Positions 14,357 to 28,349 are shown, counted from the stretch's first letter. The stretch is 64,000 bases of DNA from Octopus bimaculoides (GCF_001194135.2 NC_068998.1:25592729-25656728), one strand, 5' to 3'. Notes: generated from the sequence alone by a model not told the origin. Numbers and translations are program-made.

Positions 14357-14404
<48 letters not shown>

Positions 14405-15411
14405 TCATATATCCATGAGAAAATATAACAGAAACATGTACCTTCAAGTGTGTGTTTGTTTAAGTGCTTTCCAAAATAGGTACGTTAAATGTGCGACAAA
14501 TAAGCGTATTAATGCAGGGGTTCTGTATTATAGCTATAGTTAAACTCCTGCAGCGTTTGAATGCAGTCACTAAATTCTTCTTTTTGCAAGGATAACCTGT
14601 TTTAATCGATGTTTCTCAACTCATTATATATATATCTATGCCTAACTCAACTAACTAACACCTCCTTTGTGCATAAATGTGTGCGTGTATGTATATTTGT
14701 GTATAAATGTGTGTGTATGTTTACGTAATTTGAAATCCAAATTAGACATTGCTCCAGTTTTGCCTGGCTGTGAGACATAAATATATTACATAAACAAGAA
14801 TACTGTCATTTCTTATCGTTCTCATAGGCAGAACCAAAAACTTTATTTAACTGGTATCAAATTTTGAGAATGCTATTTATGGAAATGTGGTAGGCATATA
14901 ACCCATCTCTTTGTAAACTGGTGGGTTACTGATCCCTACTGAAAGCTTAATAAATCCAGAACCTAATTAGATAGCTCCATTCCCTATCAACGGTGACAAA
15001 CAGATTCTAACCATTTCATTAGTTTTCTCATCTAGGCTTTAAAAGTGATCTGAACAAAGTCATAAATACAGAAAATACACATTCTATCTAAAATAACCCC
15101 TTAAAATCTCCACTAATGAGTGAACTATCAAGTGCCTTTTATTGCTAAGTATTTAATTTTTTGTAATACCATTCGTACATTCTAAAGTCAGGCTTTGCTA
15201 GACCGATCGCTTACATGCCACCAATGACAATTTTTAGTAGTTAGAAACGGACAGTTACAAAAAAGGAGAAATAATTACAAGTTCATGGCGAGAACTCCAA
15301 TTAACTGATGTTGTAAAAGTAGAGCGGGATCAGTCAATGGAAAAATGAGTCGGTAATACCCGTGCAGAATTAGCTCGAAAGCAGACAGTTCCGATGTACC
15401 CATGAGTAGAA

Positions 15412-15503
15412 ATGGCGGACAGTATATCGTTAGAACAGGTGTTAGATTATAATGCAGATCCTTATCATTATAATATCTTGCTTGGCTTCTCTTTGAACGC
15501 AGT
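15412..15503 (+). CDS. Candidate first coding exon (MADSISLEQVLDYNADPYHYNILLGFSLNAV)
   Basis: gaaATGGCG start context with an upstream in-frame stop, donor GT|gtaagg, locally CpG-rich. No homology recognised. Confidence 0.3.
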
Positions 15504-17409
15504 GTAAGGTATTTGTATGTTTATCAACTATGTATTATCACTGAAATGTGTTAGTACACATCTGGGGTTCTGAATTGGGTCTCTTATCGAGTTTTCTAAT
15601 TTTCTAGTTCTAACGTGCAATATTTTGAGAATAGGAAGCGATTATCTTTCATTGATATGGATAGATGTTGTCTTCAAAAACCCTAGCTTTCCATGTTGCA
15701 GTCTCTCTTCATTGAATCGTTATAGATTTTGTGGTAAGTGCTTGAGTTGCTTATGGAGCGTACCTGAATGCAGAAACTTGCGAAAGAATAAATTTATTGT
15801 CCACTTACAGAAGTGGGTTATTTGCAGTGAAGGATAGTTGCTCATAACAAACCAAACAGCAACGGAGAACCGAGTGAGCCAAGTATGGAACAGTTAGTGT
15901 TTTATCAATACACATTAAAATTATGAGATCCAACAACATTAAAGACATCTAAGAGACGAGAAATGAATTCCATAGGCATGCAGCTCAGCTAGGACATTTT
16001 AACGCAGGATGTGGCCGGAATCATTGATAATGCAAAGGACATCGTGATTATTTTCAACAACAATCTTGGCAGTGTGATTCCGCAAGTGATTGACATATGG
16101 AGTACGTATACCGATAATCTATGTGAAAGAAATCCGTAATGTTTACTATTTAAAAGGAAATAGGTTTGTAGAGACGGATAAGGTGGGTTGTCAATACGTG
16201 TTTCTGTCACACTTGAGAAGTCGTAAGTGAATGCTGAATAACAATGTACATAATTTCTTCTCTGTGTATCTTTGTCTGTCTCGCCAGTTTCTCTTTCCTG
16301 TAATTCTTACTTCATGACAACTCCAATATCTCTTCTACTGAATATATATTTAAGACCGATATTTTGGGGATTAAATACAATGTTTGTATGTAGTACATGT
16401 TTGTGTGTCTGTCTGTGTGTGTGAGAGAGATAGACAGACAGAAAGAGAGAGAGAGAAATATCTTAATTTGCTACAGATAATCTCGTAAATACAAATTTCT
16501 TTCTCTTCCCAAACGACTTTCTTCCTCCGAACCACTTCTTTCAACAATGAACGCTTTTGATTTCTCTTGGGTAATCACAATTGTCGCCTGCATCTGTTCT
16601 ACGTTTCTTCACCTGGCCACATTGTAGAGTTTTAATGTATTTTTTATTTATAGATTATTTCAATTCACCGCGTATATAAACTGAGCAAACATTTTCTAAC
16701 TTTCTACCAACTTTACAGAAATATAATTTATAACACAATTCGCTTCCTCACAGATCCTTTGCTGACTATCTTTTAATCAAATTTTCTATTCAATTTACTC
16801 TTCGTTTACAGCGGTATATTTAAGCATCGATCTTAACTTTCAGTTAATAATATTTTTTCTTCTAAGTTATCAGTATACGCACAGACCCAATCTGTTTTTC
16901 TTGACACTTTTCTCATTCATTATCTATCGTTTATTCATGCTTTTATTAAACTTTCCATTGGAAGTTCAAGCCTTACTCCTACTTACGACATCTTATTTAC
17001 ATTTAGTATTTGACATTGCGAATAACAACGATTGAATATAAAATATAATCAAACATGCCTAGCTGCATCCACTAACAATTTCTGAAAACTATGCATCGTT
17101 CCAACTGTCAGTGAGCTCCGAAGAACGGAACAATGACGTTGTAGTAACGATTTTCTATTTCCAGTTCCAACAAAATACAATATTACATTCTAACCTCAGT
17201 ATGGTGTTTGAAATGTTATCTTAACACACAAACAAATGTTTAACCACTACCACTATAAACTATGTATGTGTATGAAATTATATTTATTTATATATACATC
17301 TACACATGCGTATGTTGCTTGTTGAATTATGTGTAGTACATATCTTGTATTAATGTTTCTTCTACGTTATCGTAGAGATTAGAAATCCAAAAGGCCTCTG
17401 GACAAACAA

Positions 17410-19000
17410 ACAAAATAACAAATACAGGTGTGAAAATATTTGGTTACCCTATGATGAAGAAAGATTAGGAAAACCCATGATTTCCGACAATAAACTATCG
17501 CGGGGACGTAGAAGTGAGTAGATTGCATTACATGCAACAAAAATGAAAGTGAAAGTGAAAGTCAGCAACATAAAGGGCGAAAATGAGTCGAACGAGGCTC
17601 TGTTAGACGTCGGCATGTCTTCTACATGTAGCCCACCGTCTTTACTATACCATAAATATATCACGCCTTCGGCAGTTTTTCTACACTATAAACATGTTGT
17701 CTCTTAAAGTGGATGACACCATTATTTGGCAATGCTGTTGGAATATTTTGTACATCATACAACTGACATAGTGCTCTCGGTGACGTTGGAGGAAATAAAG
17801 ATTGAGTTTCTTGAGACGATCCCAAAAATCAAGACTTATTATGCCCTCTAGTTTTTTTGTGATTGATCACAGTGGTGCTTCAATTTTTTATAATATTCTC
17901 TCTCAGGTAGAAAGACGACAGTGGATGACAGTATTCAAGGTGAGGACGGGTGAAGATTGAGAAAGGAAAAAAAATGGTGGGGGCGTCTCTAAACAGAAAA
18001 GGCAAGGGGGCCAGGAACACGACTTGTAGATTGTGTTGACTTTGCTGTTTATCTGGACACTCCAGCTTAAATTGTTGTTAGCTTTTACTTTTAGATGCCG
18101 AGCGGTGTTCGCCTGTGGGAAGAATGTATGGTAGTGTAGCCACTTCAGTAAAGTTGACTGATTCGAATTTATTCTCTTTTACTTGCATATTTTGCTTTAA
18201 TGTTTATCGGATAACAGCGAACAGATCCAATTGTAGATTCGTCCAGTCTCCTGTTTTTACGATGACCTTCAGAAGCTTAGAGTCTTTCGCAAAAATTCTA
18301 AAATTAGCTATGTTTGAAGACGTCAATGATGTCATTGGTGTAAATAATAAAAAGGAATGGACCCAATACTGTGCCTTGTGGGGCTCTACTGATGATTCTC
18401 GCCGAGCATGATCGACCCCTGTCTATCGCCATATGCTGAGTTTCTGTTCACCAGAAAACATTCAATACCATTTAATAGCTTCCTTCGGACTCCACTCTTC
18501 GATAGATCTTTTAACAGGATGCGATGGCCAACTTTGTCGAAGGCCTTGTTCACGCAGATGGCACCTGCATTGGAGCCTTCTCCCAGAATCTTTAGGATAC
18601 CATCAAAATGATGCATGATCTATGTTTGGTAGTCTCTGTCACTGCGGAAATCATCCTAGTTCGGAATAAGTGAGGTGCTACCTTACAGGAGCTGAGTTAC
18701 TCGAGATCTCACCACTCTCTCGAATAATAAGAAGTAGGTGATTCGGTCATTATTCACTACCAACGGTTTGTTGCCATTTTTGAAAAATGGGCCACTCGTT
18801 TGGAATTTTCAGGAATATAGCTAGCTTCCAGTGTTTTCTTTCAAAGAATAGCTAAAAGGAAAGCCAGTTGATGACGGCACACCTTCACGACTCTGACTAG
18901 GAACTTGCTGGGATTTGTAGCTGAGTTCTTTGTTGCAATTTCATTAATAGCTACTATGATATCCGAGGCGTTACATGATTCATCGGTGAGAGTGATATGA
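17410..19000 (-). mobile_element. Decayed CR1/L2-like LINE (RT and C-terminal region)
   Basis: Minus-strand KAFDKVGHRILLKDLSKSGVRRKLLNGIECFLVNR, SRAPQGTVLGPFLFIIYTND, RPHLEYC, and DRLKKLNLYFLQRHRE. Many stops and frameshifts. Confidence 0.88.
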
Positions 19001-19319
19001 TGTGGATTGTTCGTTCTGGCAACTGGTATATATTACGTTACTAAAAGAGTAGTTGTTATTTGCTCAAAAATTTCGTGCGTTGAATAGTTTTTATTGCATT
19101 TACTTGTCTCTCTACATAATTAGTAGTAAATAATATTCAGATTTTGTATGTGGTGTGTTTGAGGAACATGCTTACACTTTATATAATTCAAATAGACGTA
19201 TATTCAAAACTGCCACTCCCTATCTCTATTCTCATAAATTATCTCACCCAGATAACTATGACTGTACGTATGTCAGTCTGTAGTGTACAGACACAGAAAG
19301 GTAGATATATAGATATAGA

Positions 19320-19371
19320 CAAACAGACGGACCGGCGGACGGACGGACAGACAGACAGACAGACAAACAGT

Positions 19372-19430
<59 letters not shown>
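19320..19430. repeat. (GACA/GACG)n(GATA)n microsatellite
   Basis: Directly visible. Confidence 0.95.
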
Positions 19431-19431
<1 letters not shown>

Positions 19432-19961
19432 GGTGACTGAAATACTATTAATACAAATATCTTTGATTTGTCTACCGTTTTAGACGGAAGTTTTGTTAGA
19501 CCACAGAATATTGCGTTGTTTGCCATTATAGTACTTCTCGTGTGGACTCATGAATCATTAAAACACGAGTATTTATAACGCTGACGAGTGATAAGCCCCC
19601 TCTATGGCTGCCGGAACTGTCAGATCCTATGATGTCGTCCTTCGTTGGTGTCGTTAGTGACTGACGTCCATCGGAGATATAACATCCGATTCCCCTGTCA
19701 AAGATATATAGAGTATTAGATTCTATTCAGGAACACGTATTGCAAATAGCCGGTGGACTTGTTAAGGTGTGTTAATACCAATATGAAATATTTATCTCTA
19801 ACTTTACGTGGAAATTATGTTACAAAACAGAATACTGCATCATTTACCATCAATGATATAAACACGATTGTTTTTAATGCACAACGAGTCCATATGAGAG
19901 ATACTCTCAAGGTATATAACGGACTATTCTATATTCTAACACACATCCAAGGAAAGTGGTA

Positions 19962-20037
<76 letters not shown>

Positions 20038-20057
20038 TTTATTCTTTTAAATGTTTT

Positions 20058-20425
20058 ACTTGTTTCAGTCATTTCACTGCGCCATACTGGAGCACCGACT
20101 CGAAGGGTTTTAGCTGACCAAATCGATCCCAGGATTTCATTCTTACGCCTAGTACTTATTCTATCGGAATTTTTGCTGAGCCGTTAAGTTACGGAGACGT
20201 AAACACACTAACATCGTTTGTCAAGTGGTGAACAAAGGACAAACACACACACATTCACGCACGCACGCACACACACCAACACACACATATATATATATAC
20301 ATTTATATATACGACATGATTCATTCAGTTTCCATCCACCATATCCAGTCACAATGCTTTGGTCGGCTCAGTTGGACTGAAACGGAAACCATGTGGTTGG
20401 AAAGCAAGCTTCTTACAGCACAGTT
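20058..20425 (-). mobile_element. SINE family B with internal (CA)/(TA) microsatellite
   Basis: tRNA-like head on the minus strand (ctgtgctgtaagaagcttgctttccaaccacatggtttcc); body matches 34213-34645, 38745-38910 and 63263-63435. Confidence 0.85.
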
Positions 20426-20461
20426 ACACCATATATGTGTATATGTGTGTGTATTTGTATG

Positions 20462-20492
<31 letters not shown>

Positions 20493-20891
20493 TGAATACT
20501 GCAATCTTGATTTCTCTTGTGTACAGAATAAATTAACTACCGTATTTTCATATGGCCTACATTGTTTTATTTCATTTTCTTCGGATAATTACGATAATGT
20601 AGTTTTAGAATTTAGTTATAGAATTATGCAAGTTTATCATATGCATATGTGTGTGCTCTGTGTAAGCATATCTATCTATCTGACCATCTATCTACTTATC
20701 TAGCTCTCTTTCTCTTTCTCTCTCTCTCTCTCACTCTCTCTTGCTCTCTGTTGTTACCAAGGGATACATACATACAGTCTCGTACACGCGCGCGCAGACA
20801 CGCACGCAAGCACACAGACACACATACATACATGCATACATACATACATACATGCATGCATATATATATACATACAAACATATATACATAT

Positions 20892-20922
<31 letters not shown>

Positions 20923-21465
20923 NNNNNNNNNNNNNNNNNNNNNNNNNNNNNNNNNNNNNNNNNNNNNNNNNNNNNNNNNNNNNNNNNNNNNNNNNNNNNN
21001 NNNNNNNNNNNNNNNNNNNNNNNNNNNNNNNNNNNNNNNNNNNNNNNNNNNNNNNNNNNNNNNNNNNNNNNNNNNNNNNNNNNNNNNNNNNNNNNNNNNN
21101 NNNNNNNNNNNNNNNNNNNNNNNNNNNNNNNNNNNNNNNNNNNTATAATAAATGGATTGGAGAAAGTTCAAATCAGGCAAACTACAATGAACACATATGT
21201 ATACGGATTTAATTAAGATAAATAATTGTCCAGAAAACATATATTGGTATATCAAAAATTACATATAAGAATACATATGAAAATATAAAAATATATGAAT
21301 ATCAAAAATATAAATGGACATATAAACAGATGAATATATAAACATAGTAGTAATTTAATGAAGTATACCATTGCAGATAAAAACTTTAAAAAAAAAGAAT
21401 TAAAAACATAATGAAGGGAAAATAATAAGCGGCAAAAAAATGTTAAGCTTTAATTTAAAAGAAAA

Positions 21466-21543
21466 TATTCCTACGGCTCTTTCAGGGGTTCGATCCTGCA
21501 AGTAAAAAATGAAGTGAGTGAACGTCTCCTTCATCAGAGAAAA
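21466..21543 (-). ncRNA. Type I hammerhead-ribozyme-like motif at the 3' end of the Penelope-like element (degenerate)
   Basis: Minus strand: ttct-CTGATGA-agg...cct-GAAA-gagcc-GTA-ggaa. Stem I ttct/ggaa, stem II agg/cct; stem III mismatched. Confidence 0.6.
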
Positions 21544-23050
21544 GGTAATGTTTACAGTAGAAATGCATTCGGTTCATTGCTAAGGTAGAGGTAACTGGAA
21601 GTTTTATGGACAAACAGGTATATCTATGCAAATGGTGGATGTCTATATGAGGACTAATGGGAGTAAAATTACATTACTTACTGTCTTTATGAAAATGTAT
21701 ATTCATATTTGTAATATGGTTTTATAGGCAATATGGTTTTATAGGCAATATGGTGTTAGGCTGTGTGACGTAACTTAGTAAGGCTATTATTGAGTACATT
21801 TCGATTAAAAAAGTCTTATGAAAGTTGAGTAATATATGTGGGTACACGAATGAATAGCATCGGAAAACTTGTTTAATACAGTAAAATCATACAGGTGGAG
21901 GATAGTTTATAATTCTTTTATGCAGATTCTACATCGGCCTATAATCGTTGTGTAAGTTGGTGGGGGGGGGGGCATATCTACAATGGGCCAGGATAATTTA
22001 TAATTGATGTTCTGTAATTTGTATTCATGTATGTACCTAGCTAGTGCCCTTGAGTTTTGTTTAAATATTTTAGCCTACCGAATGAATTTTTATTGGGGTC
22101 TATATCGTGTTTTAAAATCTATAGTGCTTCCTATGTATACTCTTATTTGATGTTGTTCATTTCTCACACTGGATTTATAAATTACATTTTTTCGTAAACA
22201 AAATCCAGCGAGTAGACATATTTCGGGGATCCTACAATTATAAGTTTTTGCATTCCTGTCTTTAATTTTACTCAGATCTATTAAGGTTGTGTCGAGTTGG
22301 CAAATGTTTACTTAGGATTGATTGCGTTTAGATTTTCTTTTTTTGTTTCATTGATTTTAATTTGGACATATATGGGGTACCATATGGTGATCTAAGCTTT
22401 TAGTCATTTTAAGTTGGAGCTTATTTCTATTTGTGGATGCAATTATATATCCCAAATCTGGCGAAGTAGAGTAAGATATCTTTGTAGAGTGTTTGCTAAA
22501 TATAGCGTAATATTTGTGGTGCTTAGTAAAATTTAATTTCAAGATCTTAAAGAGCAGTTTTGGTAATTTTTTTTTACTCTGAGAGTAAATGGGGTCGGGG
22601 CAACCAGACAATTTTTGTATTTCTAGATCTAGAGTGGGTTACCACATTAGGGTGTTCAAATACAGGGGGACTACATTTATTACGGTTAGTAAAATGAAGA
22701 TTATGAAGTTTAGTGTGGTTAGCAAAAGGTTTTCTGATACGTTTATAATTCAAGGAAGAAATTGTATTAGTAATTTCAAGAATAATATCCCATAAGAGAT
22801 TAGTTAATTTAGCATTGAGTTTGGTATCACGGATATAGAAAATATGATCATGAAGGCTGCTTAATTTTAGAGCTTGATTATAAAATGGAGAATGTGTATT
22901 ATACATGTATATCTACTACATATGTGGGAAATTCTGTCTGTGAGTGTATTTATGGAGTTGTTAGCTAACTCCTCCTACATCGTTTTATCTATTTTGATGA
23001 AACGTGACACGTGAGTAGAACGCATGTCTGAAAAACTCATAGCATATTCA
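21466..23050 (-). mobile_element. Penelope-like element, internally deleted (thumb plus GIY-YIG)
   Basis: Minus-strand IVWLPRP, KHHKYYAIFSKHSTKISYSTSPDLGYIIASTNRNKL (thumb/linker) and VIYKSSVRN...VYIGSTIDFKTRY (GIY-YIG). RT core motifs not seen. Confidence 0.8.
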
Positions 23051-23809
23051 GATTGTTGAAAAAATCTGTAGTAGTGCCGCTGGAAGAGACCCTTATATAT
23101 AATATATTTTATTTTAAAAACCAAGGGAAATAACCTATTCGTCCCTGGAAGGGATCCTTATATATAGCCAAGGGAAATAACCCATTCATTTTCCTAAATT
23201 ATTTGGGAAAAATGAAATTGAGTATGCTTATTTCTTAGTATTTGAAAAGTTAGAGCTATCTTCGCATTTTATCCAGTACAACCCTTAAACAAGTAAATAG
23301 TATTTTCCTAACCAACATATCCACCTATTTCAGTAAGTGACTTATTCACGAATATACCAACACTAGCACCCTTGAGGGTAATATTCTCTGGGAATGCACA
23401 ACAGCCCTTTTCAGAGTTATTTACTTTGAATTGTTATTATCTCATATTTGATTAGCCTGTTATTACATAACACGCTTCACGGTTTTAGTATACATACCTT
23501 ATTAGTATTTATTGGAATTTCCTCCTATGTCCTATATACTCTGGGAACGCATTAAAGCCCTTTTCCGGGTTCTTTATTTGAATTCTTACTATCGGGTAAC
23601 TGACTTCACAATTTGGGTATTCATAACTTATTGGGAATTCCTAAAAACAAGATCCTGTGTAAGACGGTTCGATATTCTCTGTAAATGCACAAAAACTGTT
23701 TTAAGGGCAACATGCTTTGTGTTGTTGTTATTGGATTAGCGAAACAATTATGAGAACGGCACCAAGGAATAAGCTCCGCTTTCCTGTGAATTACCGGGTA
23801 CATCAGCGA

Positions 23810-23950
23810 GTATGTGTGTGTGTGTGTGTGCGTGTGTGTGTGCCTGTGTGTGTGTGTGTGCGTGTGTGTCTGTGTGTGTCTGTGTGTCTGTCTGTGTGTG
23901 TGTATGTACGTATGTATGTATGCATGTATGTATGCATGGATGCATGCATG
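23810..23950. repeat. Mixed (GT)n/(TATG)n microsatellite
   Basis: Directly visible. Confidence 0.92.
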
Positions 23951-25986
23951 CATGGATACAGAGATGTAGACTGGTAGTAGCTGGATAGATAAATACCTAA
24001 AGTTATAACTTTACTATGCAAAACAAAATATATTCTTTTGCACTCATTAGTTTTAGAAATAGAGTATACGCAATCAGGTTATTAGTTGAAAACAGGGTTA
24101 TTAGTTTTGTAAACACATCAGTCGTTACTATGTAATGAAGTCTTGTGTGACATGAATTATATTCATTTTATAAAGTAAGTTATAATACCAGAAGTATTGC
24201 CGTCATTAAAAAAAGTATGAAAGAGCAATTGTCCTGATTTTATATAAGAATGCTGGTATTGCAACATTATTAAATAAATTAGAGATAGTAATTTTATTGA
24301 GTAAGTATCATCTAATTCTAGTAGCTTTCGATCAGAAAATACTGAGTTTCTGATACAGAGAAAAAAGTGTGTTAAACTGTGGAGCACAAAATAACGAAAA
24401 TAATTTCTGCACCGTTGCCAATGTTGAAGAAGAGCAGACTGATTTTATTTTCGCTATATCTAAAAACTGTTCACATGGAAGACAAATAAACATTCTTTCT
24501 CTAATCGAAAGTAAACGTTCTTAAATTAACCATAGAGATAATGTATTGCATTGGTCCGACATATGCATCCACTTTCCATATAAGAAAGAAATATAAAGAA
24601 CGTCAGTTCATGACAAAAATGTTATATCTACCTTCATTCGCGAGTGCCAATGGTTTGGTAACTTATAGCATGCCACTGCTTATTGTTTTAGTTGACTACG
24701 TTGTTACGAGCAGATTTGAGCAGCCTCTCAGCCTCCAAATTTTAGACTCAAGGGTACATACTATATATGACCGCTAGAGCGAAAAAGTGCCACACGAGCG
24801 GGCGGTTGCTGCATATCTGCAGCTTTGTAGACGAGAGCATCTTAAAAGGAAGTGGCTTAACCATTTAGCATTTGAACCGGCCATATCAGGCACAAAGATT
24901 TTACATGTTTTATGTTCAAAATTACTAGATCCAATATCTGATACCTACCCGACAGAATCATTCAAACCTCAAAGCTACACGATAATGCTTGATTATTTCA
25001 AAACAATGTGAATATATATACATTACATTTGAATGAGTAATCTAAACGCCAAAGGTTTATTACAGCACACAACACACATTCGAAAATAAGTTAACTTTGT
25101 CAATATTACAATAAAAGAAATCATACTACTTGTTTGGAAAGAAAGTTAGTTCGACAAATATTTGCTTTCGACTACAATTCCTCATCTGAGATGTTTAAAA
25201 CAAGAATTCAAGGAATTCAATGGCATTTTATTAAATGAATAAGAAGTTGCACAATTTTTAAAATAATTTTCACAACATAATCATTATATGTTTCTCTCTT
25301 TTATTGTCAGGTTTGTAAAATATGCAAATGAGGATGGAAAGCTTTTTATGAAAAGACATTTTTGAAAATTAATGATCCCCCTTCTCTTTATTCCTGACCA
25401 ATTTTGTCCAATTTCTTTTTGCAATACACACTTTAAAACAATGATAGTCGCCTTTTCTGTAAAAAAGAAAAGTTAAATATTTTTTTGACAACACACTTAA
25501 AAACGATGGAAATCGGCGATCACCATTATAATCCACACTTCCTTTATTTTCAAACCGTAAATGTATCGTAATTTAGACACAATAGTGTAATTTTTAAAAT
25601 GTTTTCATTAACTCGCACCTACAAGTTCTAAAATTTCGGCGTTTTTTCGAATATTTTCAGATAATTTTAAAATACGGGAGTCAGAATCTGCAATTTGCTT
25701 CTATTTATAAATTCAAAATAATTTTTGTTTGTAATTTCAAAATAATTTTCAGACGAAGAGATTTGTGATTTAAGGAAGATTTAGCTGTGGTTTCTAGCAC
25801 ATCTCACCTAGTACCTTCCTCGCTTCTTTGTGACTGTAACGTGTATCGATGTGTTTTGATATTTCTTACCCCACAATCACATTTTATGATAATGTGGTGG
25901 TTCATTGTTGGGATATAAGCAACATCAAATATTTGTAATGTAAATTTTTAACCCCACGCTGCAGCAAGTGAGTCAGTATCTATGTA

Positions 25987-25989
<3 letters not shown>

Positions 25990-26077
<88 letters not shown>
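25990..26077. repeat. (GT)n microsatellite
   Basis: Directly visible. Confidence 0.97.
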
Positions 26078-26080
<3 letters not shown>

Positions 26081-26112
26081 AGCACTCACAGAGAGCCGTC
26101 TGTGAGTGCTCA

Positions 26113-26334
26113 GTTTACTTCATCACTACGCTCTCGTAACTTAGCGGTTCGGCAAAAAAAAAAACATAGAAAAATTACTCGGCTTAATAAATAAGTCCTG
26201 GGGTAAATGAGTTCGTCTAATAAAATACCTTCCAGATGGTGCTCCGGTATGGCGGCAGTGACTGAAACAAATAAAAGAATAAACGAATACACACACACAC
26301 ACAGATAAATAGATAGACAGACAGGCAGACAGGC

Positions 26335-26405
<71 letters not shown>

Positions 26406-26474
26406 AAGATAGATAGATAGAAAGATAGATAGATAGATATGTAAGTATATAAGGATATATATGGGCTTGTGAGT
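26113..26474 (+). mobile_element. 5'-truncated SINE family B plus (GACA)(GATA)n tract, flanked by a 12-bp direct repeat
   Basis: cgtaacttagcggttcggcaaaa...gactgaaacaaataaaagaataa matches the family B 3' half; tgtgagtgctca at 26101-26112 and 26475-26486. Confidence 0.7.
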
Positions 26475-27803
26475 GTGTGAGTGCTCATTTGTTCGTGCAT
26501 AAGCACATATACATATATTCTTAGATATATGAGCTTACGTATGTGTCGTATACATCGCTTTATATTCCATTTACGTAGATATAAATAGTAATACAGAATC
26601 CATTCGCGGAATTCAAAGATTTTATCACCACAATAAATCTTCCTATTAAGAAAGATCTAAATTTATAATAGTTTAAAAAGAATATTTTCAATTAGATTTA
26701 AACTATTATATATTTGTTAGTCTCTAATGTAATAACAAATCAACTTTTCTTCCTTTTCAAAGGAAGTGTTAACTTTGTAGTGACATCCTTCTGAGACACA
26801 TCACAAGTGGAGTTTACTCTGATGTGACAGCTAAACAATGGAATGTGGTTATTAACTGAGCTGATGTTAGCGATAAGAGAAACAGTGAATGACAATAGAC
26901 TTTCAATGCAATATGGAAATGAATTTGATATCGTGATATCATTAAAACCATGGAATAAATCATCTATTAATAACTATGAACAGAAAAGTATTTTTGTAAC
27001 TATCAGAGTTATAGATTTCTTCCGTGATTAACTGCGATCCTGAGAATTGATTTTTATATTTATAACTATTTTATGCGGATATAAAGATTTAAATTATACT
27101 ATGTTGTTTGCAGGAATTATAGATATATAATGTTTTACCATTCACTGCAGTAACATGTAATGTAGACGTCAGTAATTCTGTAAAATTTGATGATGAATGG
27201 TCATGTTCATGCTTAATATATGACATATCAAAAGAAAACGTGATCACTACAGGTTATACGGCCATTTAAAATAGCAACTAATTCTCCTTGAAATCATCAG
27301 CTGCAGACTTCCAAATAATAAGAAGCACTGGATATTGTAGATCTAATTAAGATAGAATACATTCAAGCAGTAGGCGATTGTCAGTGGGGTACAAAGCTCT
27401 GACAAAAGCAGATGCCTTTAGTAATATTGGAATCCCAAATAACAATAAATGCAGCAACATAAAATTTACTGTTTTCTTCTGCATTGTTGCAGTAACTCCG
27501 TACGTATATTATCAAACATGAACCTTACTCTATTACCCTATATANNNNNNNNNNNNNNNNNNNNNNNNNNNNNNNNNNNNNNNNNNNNNNNNNNNNNNNN
27601 NNNNNNNNNNNNNNNNNNNNNNNNNNNNNNNNNNNNNNNNNNNNNNNNNNNNNNNNNNNNNNNNNNNNNNNNNNNNNNNNNNNNNNNNNNNNNNNNNNNN
27701 NNNNNNNNNNNNNNNNNNNNNNNNNNNNNNNNNNNNNNNNNNNNNNNNNNNNNNNNNNNNNNNNNNNNNNNNNNNNNNNNNNNNNNNNNNNNNNNNNNNN
27801 NNN

Positions 27804-27860
<57 letters not shown>

Positions 27861-28279
27861 TATGTATATACATATATGTAATTATATGGGCATACACGTC
27901 AACACATACGCACGCACGCGCGCAAATTTATATATATTTAAATATGTATGCATGCGTTTGAGTGTGTGGGCCTGTATGTATATATGCACGTGTGTTCGTA
28001 TGTTTCTTGAAGGCATGGGTTTATGATTTGAGATCATGTTTGTGTCTTCTCTCAACTATACAGTCATCAAAAATAATTACTGAACGCGTGGTGCACGTTA
28101 GGAGATCCTACTCGTTCCACGACTTAGAAACCTGTCCGGCGTCACTAAGGCCCCTAGAACTGCAGTGTAATACCGGATATACGCAAATAATACTGCTACT
28201 TCAGTTTACCGTTTAGTACTGAACCCGGGTGTGCACCAAATAAACAAAAATCTCTGAATATCTTGAATCACACCTTCTT

Positions 28280-28296
28280 CTATCTCTCTCGCTATC

Positions 28297-28349
<53 letters not shown>

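Noticed and set aside
15234-15350. VVRNG...SWRELQLTDVVKVE resembling a P-type ATPase A-domain
   Set aside because: It needs a frameshift, is bounded by stops and has no splice support; probably chance.
17907-17939. Apparent 33-nt plus-strand exon with good splice sites (VERRQWMTVFK)
   Set aside because: It is the antisense of the CR1-like RPHLEYC motif; the splice signals are most likely coincidental.
25150-25195. Minus-strand CAGATGAG...CGAAAG, hammerhead-like
   Set aside because: The core is mutated and stems I to III are not supported.
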